DNA of 64,000 bases from a virus. Below, one piece after another: positions 27,718 through 38,465 of this stretch. The notes under the pieces are model-generated. The model searched no databases, was not told the origin of the DNA, and saw only the letters and a list, made by a program, of their open reading frames with translations. The DNA is taken from positions 1 to 64,000 of IMG/VR virus record IMGVR_UViG_3300005099_000066. The stretch is one strand, 5' to 3'. The position numbers and the translations under genes are program-made. Numbering within the stretch: the first letter of the stretch is position 1; the number at the start of each line of letters is the position of its first letter.

Positions 27718-28215
27718 GTGGTAGAAGAAATTGGGAAAGTTATGTCTATAATTTCCTCTTTGAGAGAGAACCACAAAAATAAGCCTATTGGTGATTTTTT
27801 GATTTGGTGGAGGGACTCCGATGAAAGGAAAACTTTGAGAGAGTTTTTTCAGAAGATTGCCAATGCTGTTCTTTCGTATTACCATATAAGACATTTGCCT
27901 GTTTATATGAGCAAAAAATACAAAATCAAAACACTTGGTCTTACACACATTTCTGACTATTATGCCAAACCAAAATCCATAGTTTTGTTTCCATTCATTT
28001 CTGATGTGTATATAGATTATTCTGACAAAAGTTGTTTGGTTGGAAATATGTTGACTATTAGAGGTTTTTCTTCTTTGATGAAGACTTTGATTCATGAGTT
28101 GGCTCATGTTGTTGAAGTAAAGAAAAGTGGAAATTCGTCTCACAATGTTTTCTTTCATAAAAGGGAAAAAGAAATTGAAGAATTTGTTAAGAAGGAGTTA
28201 AAAGTTCATTTTTAG
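27718..28215 (+). CDS. SprT/WLM-like HExxH metalloprotease
   Basis: TLIHELAHVV...SHNVFF. Confidence 0.7.
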   Translation: MVEEIGKVMSIISSLRENHKNKPIGDFLIWWRDSDERKTLREFFQKIANAVLSYYHIRHLPVYMSKKYKIKTLGLTHISDYYAKPKSIVLFPFISDVYIDYSDKSCLVGNMLTIRGFSSLMKTLIHELAHVVEVKKSGNSSHNVFFHKREKEIEEFVKKELKVHF

Positions 28216-28226
28216 GAGGTAGAACA

Positions 28227-31200
28227 ATGATTGAACAATATAGGTATGTTGTTGAATCTGGTTCGACTCAGTATAGTTATGGTGAATACAGACTTGCTAT
28301 TATGAAGTTGTTGAATTGTTGGATGAGAAGGAAAGAAGCTAAATTGTGGAAGCTGGATTATAATGGAAAGAAAGTAGAAAGGCTTGGTGCTGTCTGGAAA
28401 GAACAGGGCAGATGGCATTATTATTATGAGGAAGAACCATTGGAGGAGGATTGAAATGAAAGTAAAAATAGTAAGAAAATGTAATAATTGTGAGGGAAAA
28501 GGAACGGTTTATCATAAAACTGAGGGAGGAATCTCTTATGGTTTGATTTGTCCAATATGTAGTGGAAAAGGCTATGTTGTAGAAGAATATGATGATGTTT
28601 ACAAAATCACAGTCGCAGATACAGAAAACATCTTTGATGTAATAAAAAAGGCAATAGAGGAGAAGGAAGAGAATGATTAAATGGATAGTTTCATTTTTCG
28701 TTGGGCTTTTTATTTATTGTGGAATTTATCATATTGTTGCTTGGTTATTTGACAAAAATCAGAAAATTGCCAAGGCTGTTATTTCAGTTGCGGTGGCAAT
28801 ATTGTTTATAGCTTTGATTGTGAATTTATAAGGAGGTGTAAAGGTGAAAATTGTAACAATAAAACAGGAGGAAAATGAAAAGTTTTCTCTAAAGAAAACA
28901 GTTGAAATTGAAGTTGAAATTGCTGTTATAAGAGAGAAAAATGATAAACTGAAAATTGTATATTCTTTATTTGATAAATATGTAGAGTTAATTTTCTCAC
29001 CTGAAGAGGTGGAGAAGATTTTAGTTCCAAAATTTGTATTTAAAGGAGGTAGCAAAAAATGATTGGATTGTATTTTATACTGCTTCTTATAATTTTGTCT
29101 GTTGTAATTTGTTTGTATTCATACTTGGTTGAGAAAGACTCATGGTCTTTTAGATTGTTTATAGCTGTGGCAATTGCTCTTCTCAGTATGCTTTTGTCTT
29201 TTTTATATCATGACAAAGTATATTGCATTTTGCTGAAAGAACAACTCCAAAAGAGGTATATTAAATCAGCTACTACTGAATTCAGAGATGGATATGTTGC
29301 TTACAAATTGAATATAATAGGTTTGGATATTAAATTGTATGTTTTGCCAGAGGACACTTTGAAAATTAAACAATTGAATGAAATATTTTCTCCAGAGGAG
29401 GTGAATAAATGACAATAAAGAAAGCTGTAATACAACTTTTGAAATCCTATCCTCAGAAATATGATAGGACTTTAGGCAGATATTATATTGAGGTTAGTTT
29501 GAAAAAACTAACAAGTGATGTTGAATCTCTTTGTAAGAGGTGGGCCACGGATGGAACGGTGTCAAGAACATTGAGAGAATTGAGGCAAAAGAATGTGATT
29601 TATTACAGAGTTGCTGGAAAGGGAGTCTATCATGTTTATCTTATTGATGAATGGGATGTTTGGCTAAAATTGATGTGTAAGTAGTTCTAAAAAGGAGGTG
29701 TAATTATGGGTAGAAGAAAAATTCCTTACAGAAAGGAAGTAAAGGAAAAGGCAAGGAAATTTCTAAAAAATCGTAGAATAAAACCTCTTCGTTGGGGAGA
29801 AAATGGTTATGATGATATTGAAGTGTTTGTTGAATTACCAAATGGAGAAAAAAGATGGATTTATGTTGACCTTGGAAGGAATAGATTAAATATTGATACA
29901 TATCCACAGTATGCTTGGTTGAAAGATTATATTAAGAAAGATGATAGATATGAAGAAAGTTGAAAAATTTATGAATAGAAAATGTAAATCTGATTGGAGG
30001 TATACAAAATGAATTGGCAATTTCTTTATAATCTATTTAAAAGAAGTGAATACAATCCTATAAGCATAGAAAAAATTACAGGGGAAGATAAAACTATATG
30101 TGTTGCTATGTTGAAAAGGGACATTCTTACTGCTGAGAAACATCACAAATTGTTTGTTCTTTTCTCTAAATCTTATTATGATGCTTTAGTTGAATTGTCT
30201 GATAAGGAAATAGAACGAGCTTACAGAACTTATCTTGATTACTTGTTGAAACTCAATGAATTGAAGAAGATAGCAAACAAACCTTATAAGGAATACTATA
30301 AGATAGTAATGGGAAAGGAGTATGTTGAAGAATAGGAGGCATTATTATGGCACGTAAATATAAACCTGTTGTTGATTTTGAATTTTTGAAAGAGGATGAT
30401 AAGTTTGTTTATTTTCGTTTGATTTTTCCGAAGAGTCCAAAAACTTATCTGCAAGTTGGAGATTATTTGAAATCTCTAATAAAGATGTATTTTTCTGTAG
30501 CTGAAAAGATATTGGGTGTTGAAGAGATATTTGAATGGTTATCTGAAAATAAAAAATCAGTTAATGCTATTGCTTTTTATTGGAATGAAAAGACCAGAGA
30601 TGAGTTTCTCAATCAAATTCCCAAAAAATGGCAAAGGCATTATCAATTTTTCATATTTGGATTCTTTCCAGAAATTGACAATGAGTTAGAAGATTTTGTT
30701 TTGAAAGTCAACAAAAGTGAATTGATAAAGGAGAGAAAAGAAAATGAAAGTTGCTGATGTTGTTGTAAAAATATTAGCATCTGTTGCGATAGTTTTTGTC
30801 TATCTTTGGCTTTGTTCAAAGATAGGAAAATTTTTGTCCATGAGTGATAATTATCCTTATCCCCCTTCTGATGACAAGGAGGAAGATGATGAATTATGAT
30901 AAGATTATTGAATATACAATTTATACTTTGCCTTTGAAGAGAGTAAACAAGTTTATGGGAATTCATTTTACAACAAAAGAAGCAGCAGAAAAATGGTTAA
31001 AAGAATCAGTATTACAGGATGACCCAGGTTTTGTTACAACACTTTACAAATTGTATTTGATGGCAAAGCAGGAAAGAGCTAAAGAAGAAAAGAAAATTAA
31101 ATCAATATCTGAATTTGAAGAAATTTATTTGCCTCAAGTTAAAAAAGAGAAAGAAATGAGAATGAAAGAAAAGAATGGTGAGATAGGTAGAATATGGGTA

Positions 31201-31516
31201 AAAGAAGTGATGAGAATTGTTAAAAACATAATATGTCAAGAGGAGGAATAAAATGGAAGAACTCATTAAAGAGTATGGTATAAAAGAAAAAAGAAAAGCT
31301 TTAAACTTATACTGGAAATTAGAGTGGTTAAGGCAGTTGTTGAGTAAGTATTTAGCTTATCAGTGTTATTGTAATGAAGGACAGTCGTATTGGTTGCGTA
31401 TTGTATGGAATTTTATTTGTGGATATTCGTTAATTGATAGTTTTTATTATGACCCACAGACACCCAGTTGGCTCAAGAAAGCTTTAATGAAATTAAAAAC
31501 AATTGTTTATGTATAG
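28227..31516 (+). CDS. Run of about 12 small hypothetical genes, including a CxxCxGxG x2 (DnaJ-type) zinc finger ending at 28680, a membrane protein (29059-29412) and a winged-HTH-like protein (29409-29684)
   Basis: Tiling ORFs, most with GGAGG RBS; CNNCEGKG/CPICSGKG; TDGTVSRTLRELRQKNVI. Confidence 0.55.
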
Positions 31517-31683
31517 GAGACAAGTATGCATTGTATGATTACTAATCATTTACCTTTGAGATTATGGAGTATGTTAGACAGCATAAAAACTTTGAAGAAA
31601 GCTCCAAAGTATGATGGCCACACTTCAAAAGATGTTGTCAATTGCTTGGAAGAGTGGATAAGAAAGCATTTGAAGGGGCAATC

Positions 31684-32094
31684 ATGAGAGAAAGAAAATT
31701 TAAGGGTAAAGCTGTTAATGATTATCCTCATTTGAAAATAAAAAGAGGAGATTGGGTGTTTGGTTATTTGGCGGATGAAGATGTAATAAGTGTTAAGACT
31801 TACATGGATGATTACGGTGATTTAAATTGCGTTCTCGTGCAGGTAGACCCTGAAACTGTGTGTCAGTATACCGAGTTAAATGATAAGAAAAAGCAAGAAA
31901 TTTATGAAGGGGACTTGGTAAAGCATTCAGATTATCCAAAAAATATTTATGTTGTTGTATGGGAGTATGCGGGTTTTATGTTAAAGTTAATTGGTTCAGA
32001 TGATTATTTGCTTTGTGCTGATTGGGAATCAGAACTTGAAGTTGTGGGTAATATTCATGATAATGTTGAAATGTTAGGGATGCAAAATGTTTAG
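31684..32094 (+). CDS. YopX-family protein
   Basis: RKFKGK...WVFG...VDPETVCQYTELNDKKKQEIYEGD...EVVGNIHDN. Confidence 0.85.
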   Translation: MRERKFKGKAVNDYPHLKIKRGDWVFGYLADEDVISVKTYMDDYGDLNCVLVQVDPETVCQYTELNDKKKQEIYEGDLVKHSDYPKNIYVVVWEYAGFMLKLIGSDDYLLCADWESELEVVGNIHDNVEMLGMQNV

Positions 32095-32171
32095 AATTTT
32101 GTTACAATTTACAGACTTTTACCCAGTTCAAGAGAGAGCAGTGGAATTAAGAACAATTCTTTGTATAGAAG

Positions 32172-32957
32172 GTGAGTATGGATTGTATAATTACTAATCT
32201 CATTATGTATTATAAGAATGGTATTGGAAATACTATGGTAGCAGGACATATAATAGGAGAAATGATTTGCACTGCCATAAAAGATATAATTCCTGATATT
32301 GACTACTCCCTTGGTTGGGCAGAAGCTGGTATAGATACTATTTGTTTCTGGAGTAACAGTCATCAAGTATTTACTTCTAATTATGAGAATAAGGTAAGAT
32401 TTGAAGAACTCATTATAGAAGTTTTCCCAGAACTCGAATACAATATAGATACTCCATTTGGCATTTACTTGGATAAGGATGAAGCTGAACAAATCAAAAA
32501 CAAACTTTGTGAACTTAAAAATATGGGTAAGGATGAAAGTGGAACTGATTTTGTGGATTTAAATGGAGAAACAGAAACAACAATAATGGGAAGAATAAGT
32601 TTTAGAGCACTGGCTCCTGTATTGAAAGGAAAAGACAAGGGTAAGCTAAAATGGTTTTACAATATTCTAACGGATGGAAGTGCGGTTTATATATACGCAC
32701 CAAATATGGGAATTCAGCCTTTAAAGGATGTAAAAGCTCTTTGTCGTTCTGTTAATTATTGGGATAAAAATGATGTTGAAATTTATGAAGGGGACATTCT
32801 CAAAACTAATATTGATTATATGCCAACTTATGTAGTCAAAAGTGTGGAACAGTTTTGGGTGGATAGAGGACTTTGCGAAGATTTTGAATTTGCGGAGTTA
32901 GAAGTAATTGGTAATATTTTTGAATCTGAATTGAACAAACAAGAGGAGGAATCATGA
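32172..32957 (+). CDS. Unknown N-domain fused to a C-terminal YopX-like domain
   Basis: ISFRAL...DKNDVEIYEGDIL...LEVIGNIFE. Confidence 0.65.
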   Translation: MSMDCIITNLIMYYKNGIGNTMVAGHIIGEMICTAIKDIIPDIDYSLGWAEAGIDTICFWSNSHQVFTSNYENKVRFEELIIEVFPELEYNIDTPFGIYLDKDEAEQIKNKLCELKNMGKDESGTDFVDLNGETETTIMGRISFRALAPVLKGKDKGKLKWFYNILTDGSAVYIYAPNMGIQPLKDVKALCRSVNYWDKNDVEIYEGDILKTNIDYMPTYVVKSVEQFWVDRGLCEDFEFAELEVIGNIFESELNKQEEES

Positions 32958-33520
32958 TGTCAATGAGAAAAATTATTTTTGCTTATGTAATGGAAATTTT
33001 GTTGTTTGTCTCTGCGTTTGGAATTTATAAACATATCAATGAGTATAAAATTTTAAAATCCAGAGTCCAGGTTCTTCAGATGTATTATGAAAAGTCACAG
33101 AGCAGACAGAGGACTATTCGTGAAATATCTAATAGCATAGAGAAATTCAATTCCAATTTGACCAATCCAGAGTTGCTTTCATATTCAGTTGCTGTTTATT
33201 ATATTTCGAAACAGTTGAATCTTGATTATAGAATTATTGTTTCTCTTGGGGGTGTTGAATCAAGATGGAATCCAACTGCGAAGTCATCTTATGGAGCAAT
33301 AGGTGTTATGCAAGTTGCTCATCATGTTTGGAGGAAGTATTTTGGTTTTAGAAAGATTGAATTATACAATCCAATCAGAAACATTTATTTTGGCAGTATG
33401 ATTTTCAAATATTATCTTGATGAGTCAAATGGAAATATAAGAGATGCTTTGAGAAAGTATTCTGGAGGAACTCAGAGGGAAGTTTATTATGAAATTGTTT
33501 TATCTTCTTGTGAGAATTGA
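32954..33520 (+). CDS. Lytic transglycosylase (SLT) with N-terminal membrane anchor
   Basis: VESRWNPTAKSSYGAIGVMQV, NIYFG, ALRKYSG. Confidence 0.9.
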   Translation: MMSMRKIIFAYVMEILLFVSAFGIYKHINEYKILKSRVQVLQMYYEKSQSRQRTIREISNSIEKFNSNLTNPELLSYSVAVYYISKQLNLDYRIIVSLGGVESRWNPTAKSSYGAIGVMQVAHHVWRKYFGFRKIELYNPIRNIYFGSMIFKYYLDESNGNIRDALRKYSGGTQREVYYEIVLSSCEN

Positions 33521-33530
33521 TGGAATTGTG

Positions 33531-33564
33531 ATTTTTGATAAAATCGAATCTAATATAATAGAGA
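33531..33564 (+). promoter_or_regulatory. Repeated promoter cassette, copy 3 (34-bp core)
   Basis: atttttgataaaatcgaatctaatataatagaga. Confidence 0.85.
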
Positions 33565-33595
33565 AGAAAAGCAAAGTTAATAAGGAGGTGTTATT

Positions 33596-34438
33596 GTGAT
33601 AATAAAAACAAAAGGTAAAGTTGGATTTAATCATAATGGTGAAACATTGTTAGAGGCTTTGAAAATAACTGACGAGGAAGTTGAAAAGTTTGATGAATAT
33701 CTGGAGAAATTTTTGAATGAGCAATCTACAGAAGAAATTCCTCCGAATGTGTTGTTGCTTATACTGTATATTGTTGGGCATATTTTTATATTTCCTGACC
33801 TTCTTGTTTCCGAAAACACTGTTTCTTTTATGAGATGGATATTGTCTGTTTTTTACGAATCTAATGAAGTAGAAGTAAATGTCCCTGATGTTATTGAGTT
33901 GGAAGAAGCTGATTTGGATTTTGTTATTGTTAAGCCAGATATTCTTAATTATATATCTGAGATGGAAAAGATTTTTTGGGGAAATTTGAGAACCAGTGAG
34001 AGAATTGCTGTTGCTTATGAAAATTTTGGATATGAAGGAGTTTGTTTTCTATCTTTTGTTGTAGCTGGTATCAGAATGTATGGTGCTTCTTGTGCTGTAT
34101 TTTCGAATAGTGTAATTGAAGACTTTTTGGAGAACTTTTCAGATAAAGACAAACCTGCTTGAGGAGGCGTTGTTATGATGCCAAAATACAAAGAATGGAT
34201 TTTGGGGATTATATTGAAATTTTTTCCGAAGTATTTTAAAAAATTATCAGAGAGAACATACAAAACTGAGATTGGACTTACGGGTCATGTTAGTGACATT
34301 GATAAAATGGTGGCAAAAGAGAAAGGTCTTAAGCCTCTTAATGTGTTTGAAAGATGGTTATTGAAAGAATTTATTGCTTATGAGAAAAAGAGATTACAGC
34401 GAAATTTCAAAACAATTTTGGAAGAGTATGGAATATGA
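33596..34438 (+). CDS. Two hypothetical proteins (33596-34162; 34175-34438)
   Basis: RBS-preceded ORFs. Confidence 0.55.
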
Positions 34439-35250
34439 TAAAAACAAAATCGTATACTATGTTGCCAATTGCTGATGTGAAAATGAAACATTTGAAAGAT
34501 TTTAAGTATTACAACACAATTACTTGGTTGAGGGATGGATTTAAAGATTTATACCCAGAAGAATTTGCCATAGTGAAAACAACTTGGGGTAGATTTAACC
34601 TTGGTATGAAAATTGTAAATAGTTCTGATGTTCCAGTTGATAAAGAGAAAACATTAAAAGGATGTTCTACTTGTCCTGTATTTATTCAAAAGAAAAATTG
34701 GTCTTGTCCTCCTTTGTTTAATTCAACATTTCAAAAACAATTAATAAAAGGAGGTAATCCTGAAAAAATAACAGTGGTTTGGATGAGAACTTATTTGCCT
34801 CCAAGACTTGTGTTCTATTTGAATAATAGTAGATTTATTAAATATCTAAATTCAGGTGTTTCTAATGTTGAAGAGAATTATTTTGATAAGTGGTTACATT
34901 TCGTAAGAAAGAAAACAGAATATTATACTCTTGGTGCTGGTTCTTGTAGAGTCTGCAAACCTGCTTGTGCTGCGAAATATGGATTGCCCTGTAAAAATCC
35001 GAAGTATAGACAGCCTTCTTTAGAATCTGTTGGGGTTCTTGTTAATGAATTGATGGAGAATATAATTGGATACCCTATGTATTGGGAAAGGAGAATTTGT
35101 AAAGTTGAATTGAAGTATGAAATACCTTTATGGTATTGGTTTGTTGGAGTCATTTTTTCAAATGAATTGGATAAACAATTTTTGTTTGATGTTTTTGTTG
35201 AATCATCTAAATGTAAAGAAAAGGGATGGATATGTTTGAAAAGATTTTGA
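34435..35250 (+). CDS. DUF2284-like predicted metal-binding protein
   Basis: C..CP...NWSCPP...GAGSCRVCKPAC...PCKNP...PSLESVGVLV. Confidence 0.75.
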   Translation: MIKTKSYTMLPIADVKMKHLKDFKYYNTITWLRDGFKDLYPEEFAIVKTTWGRFNLGMKIVNSSDVPVDKEKTLKGCSTCPVFIQKKNWSCPPLFNSTFQKQLIKGGNPEKITVVWMRTYLPPRLVFYLNNSRFIKYLNSGVSNVEENYFDKWLHFVRKKTEYYTLGAGSCRVCKPACAAKYGLPCKNPKYRQPSLESVGVLVNELMENIIGYPMYWERRICKVELKYEIPLWYWFVGVIFSNELDKQFLFDVFVESSKCKEKGWICLKRF

Positions 35251-35282
35251 TGGAAATAGAATCTAATAAAAAGGAGGTTATA

Positions 35283-35549
35283 ATGATTTTAAAATTTTCG
35301 AGAGAAGAAATTCTTGAAATAGTTAGCAATTTGGATAAAATAGAATTTTGTTTGAAGCAATTGAAAAATACTGGAATTGATGATATAAAATTGTATTTGT
35401 CCCCACCAGGTAGTGATGATGTATTTTTGTATTCTCCAGATGATGTAAATTCAATGCTTGGATTTCTTGGTTCAATTGAATATCATGCTAAAAAAGCAAA
35501 ATTAGTAATTTTGGATAAAATAAAAACGACAAAAAGTAAGGAGGTGTAA
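35283..35549 (+). CDS. Hypothetical protein
   Basis: ATG 35283 after AAGGAGG. Confidence 0.55.
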   Translation: MILKFSREEILEIVSNLDKIEFCLKQLKNTGIDDIKLYLSPPGSDDVFLYSPDDVNSMLGFLGSIEYHAKKAKLVILDKIKTTKSKEV

Positions 35550-35552
35550 ACC

Positions 35553-36083
35553 ATGGCTATATCATGCTTTGGAATTTTGTATGATGAAAAAGACCCAAAC
35601 TGCCAAATTTGCTCTCTCAGAACTCTCTGTAGAAATGTTATGGAGGGTTCAATAGAATGGACAACTGCTTTAAAATTCATTGAGGCAGCAAATGTAACAG
35701 AAGAACAAAAAGCTGAGAAAAACGAACTAATCAGGCACATAAGAGCTGAAATCAAGAAAAGAAGCTCTGCTGAACAACAGAAAAAGTCAGTCGAAAAACC
35801 GAAAACAAAACTTGTTAAGAAACCGAAAACTAAATCTGAGTCTGAATCTTTGCCTTTAACTGAGAATGAGGAAAAAATTATTTCAGAAATATCTGAATTT
35901 GCTGGCGTTCCTATTAGAATAAAGAAATACATTCCCAGACCAAATCAAGTTATGATTCTTGTGTCTTGGCCGAAGTTCAAAGTGTATATAAACAGAGATG
36001 GAACTATTACTCTGCTGAAGCCAAATATGAAGACAATAGCAAGAAATATTTCTCCAAAAGATATACAAAATCATCTTTCGTAG
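35553..36083 (+). CDS. Hypothetical protein with N-terminal four-Cys motif
   Basis: SCFGILYDEKDPNCQICSLRTLC. Confidence 0.6.
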   Translation: MAISCFGILYDEKDPNCQICSLRTLCRNVMEGSIEWTTALKFIEAANVTEEQKAEKNELIRHIRAEIKKRSSAEQQKKSVEKPKTKLVKKPKTKSESESLPLTENEEKIISEISEFAGVPIRIKKYIPRPNQVMILVSWPKFKVYINRDGTITLLKPNMKTIARNISPKDIQNHLS

Positions 36084-36089
36084 AAGAAA

Positions 36090-36749
36090 ATGAGACTGAT
36101 AATATCTCCACATTGGGATGATTTCTTTCTTTCAGTTCCTTTGGATTTGATTGTAGATTCTACTGTTGTTATTGTTGCTGGTTACAAAATAAAGTTTGCT
36201 AAAGATGTCCTCTCTGAATTATTTGTTAAATATAATGTAAATTTCGAATATTTAAATTTGGTTCAGCCAAGAAGGAGATGGATGAAAAATGAAGGTTCTA
36301 CATGGTGGTTTGTTGATGATTTGGCTTTTGAAATTGCAAAGAAGATAAAGAAATTGAATTTGGAAAAGTTCAATGAAATCTACATTCCTGCTGGTTATAT
36401 ACATCCTTATCATTTGTTGGTTGCTAATGTTTGTGTTCATATTATGGATATAAAGAACAGAATTATCTATGCTGATAGACCATATTATGATTTGTTAAAA
36501 AACAACATACAATATAATACACAGAAAGGTTTGAAATGGATGTATGAGAAATGGATTTCTAATTGGAGTCAGAATATTATGCCGTATTTTCCTTGGGGTG
36601 GAGGACCAGTTGTTGTTAATTTAGATAATTGGAGAAGAGAAGGAAAGTTGGTTCCTTTTGATATTGCTTATGATATAGTAAGATTTGTTGAAGGAAAATC
36701 CTTTGTTTTAAGAAAGCCTGATGATGAGTGGGGCTATGTTTGGAAATAG
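36090..36749 (+). CDS. PIG-L/LmbE-family de-N-acetylase-like protein
   Basis: IISPHWDD (xPHxDD) and HPYH (HxDH variant), then IIYADRPY. Confidence 0.75.
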   Translation: MRLIISPHWDDFFLSVPLDLIVDSTVVIVAGYKIKFAKDVLSELFVKYNVNFEYLNLVQPRRRWMKNEGSTWWFVDDLAFEIAKKIKKLNLEKFNEIYIPAGYIHPYHLLVANVCVHIMDIKNRIIYADRPYYDLLKNNIQYNTQKGLKWMYEKWISNWSQNIMPYFPWGGGPVVVNLDNWRREGKLVPFDIAYDIVRFVEGKSFVLRKPDDEWGYVWK

Positions 36750-37119
36750 AAATTCTTTTTCTATTTGTATTCAAACTCCGTATACGCTGGAATTTGAGCT
36801 ATCATATGTTTCTTTGTCTTTGAAAAATCTGATAAAAGACACTATGTTAACTATTGAAAAGATTGAGACTATGATTCAGTATGGAAAGCCAAATTCTCAA
36901 TTATTTAATGCTCTTTTACAGCAAAGAAAATTCTTGAAAGAATTGGCTGATTCTGCTGATATGAGAAAGACAGAGATTCTTGGGATTCTGAATAAGGCTA
37001 TGACAAAAGTTGCTTATGAATTTTCTGGTTATGATGATGAGAAGAAAAAACTGATATATGAAACATTTAATAAATTAGAAGAACAAGTAATGCAGATATT
37101 GGAAAAGGAGTTGAAATGA
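36721..37119 (+). CDS. Helical hypothetical protein
   Basis: Overlaps both neighbours. Confidence 0.55.
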   Translation: MMSGAMFGNRNSFSICIQTPYTLEFELSYVSLSLKNLIKDTMLTIEKIETMIQYGKPNSQLFNALLQQRKFLKELADSADMRKTEILGILNKAMTKVAYEFSGYDDEKKKLIYETFNKLEEQVMQILEKELK

Positions 37120-38465
37120 AATATATTGATTATGTTAATTTATGGAGATATTATTTGCTTGAGTATGAAGCTTTTGAAGATTACTTGAGTTCGAAAAAGC
37201 TCCCTCATATGATTATTGTTTATAAGTATGTTGACCAAGCTGGAGGATTGCCTATTGCTGCTTATACAAGAAAGAAAATATGGGAATATGCAGGAGGAAC
37301 TGCTGAACTGGTGGTCATATATGATAGAAAATCTGTTGTTGATATTCCTTCTGGATGGATAAGAAGAAGTAGAGGTTTGTTACCTCCTGCTGATGTAAAA
37401 TTATCAAAGCTCAATTACAAGAGGGGGCTTAATAAACTTATGTCTGAACATGGTGAAGGAATTGTTTATTGGATGGCAGGATTACAGGCATTTAGATTGG
37501 AACCTGAAGTTCTTGAATTCTTTAAAAATCAGAAATCTAAATTTCCTAAATGGTTGTTTTTAGTTGAACATGGGGATATAGGATTGGTTAGAATGAAAGA
37601 AGAAGAATGGGAAGCTTTTATTGAATCTTTTGATTTTGTATCATTTGCTTCTCCTTGTAAATACTACCACTGTAGGAATAGATATAAATTTAAACCGAAG
37701 AATAAAAAATATTTTTCTTTGTTCCTTGTCCCTCTGAAATTTGAGTCTGAATTCGTTCCTTTTTCAGAAAGAAAGATTTTGAATACTTGGCTTTCTGGTA
37801 TATTTGCTTGGAGACATCCTTTTGATTGGTATAATTTTGTTGATGAAAAATACACTTCTTACTTGAAAATTATGAGTCATCAAAGAAGGTCATTTTCAAG
37901 AAATTTTAAACCTCTTGGAGTTAAATATTACGATGAAGCAAAAAGAAGATTTCCTGAATGGTTTGGCAATAGAAAAAATGCTGGGGCTACTTATACTACT
38001 CCTGACAAATTTTCATATGCTGAGTGGAGAAGTATATTGTGGAAAGCTTCTTCTGATGGAACTCCTGGGACTTGGTTAGATGATACAACTCCATTGGAAG
38101 CTATTTGTTCTGGAACTCTTGTTGTTTCAAATTATAGGTTTGCTTCTAATCCTCTTTGGAAGTTTGATGGTGAAAATAATGTTTTGTTTGAAATGGATTC
38201 TGTAACAGCTTTTGAAGCATTTTTGGATGATTTGTTAACAAATCCAAAGCCTTATGAAGATTGGGCAAGATATGTCTGGGGAAGATATTCTTATCAAATT
38301 GTTAGAGGAACACTTACTGCTTATCTTATTTTCACCCTGTATGAAGCTTGGAAATCTAATAAGTTAGATGAATACAAGTTATTTCTTGAGGATGATGAAG
38401 TTTTTCCTCTTTTTGAAAAAGATATAGAAGCTTCTTTAAAAATTATGAGGGGAGGTGAGATATAA
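37116..38465 (+). CDS. GT-B glycosyltransferase-like protein
   Basis: AGGL near the N-terminus, LVEHG, C-terminal TTPLEAICSGTLVVS. Confidence 0.65.
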   Translation: MKYIDYVNLWRYYLLEYEAFEDYLSSKKLPHMIIVYKYVDQAGGLPIAAYTRKKIWEYAGGTAELVVIYDRKSVVDIPSGWIRRSRGLLPPADVKLSKLNYKRGLNKLMSEHGEGIVYWMAGLQAFRLEPEVLEFFKNQKSKFPKWLFLVEHGDIGLVRMKEEEWEAFIESFDFVSFASPCKYYHCRNRYKFKPKNKKYFSLFLVPLKFESEFVPFSERKILNTWLSGIFAWRHPFDWYNFVDEKYTSYLKIMSHQRRSFSRNFKPLGVKYYDEAKRRFPEWFGNRKNAGATYTTPDKFSYAEWRSILWKASSDGTPGTWLDDTTPLEAICSGTLVVSNYRFASNPLWKFDGENNVLFEMDSVTAFEAFLDDLLTNPKPYEDWARYVWGRYSYQIVRGTLTAYLIFTLYEAWKSNKLDEYKLFLEDDEVFPLFEKDIEASLKIMRGGEI

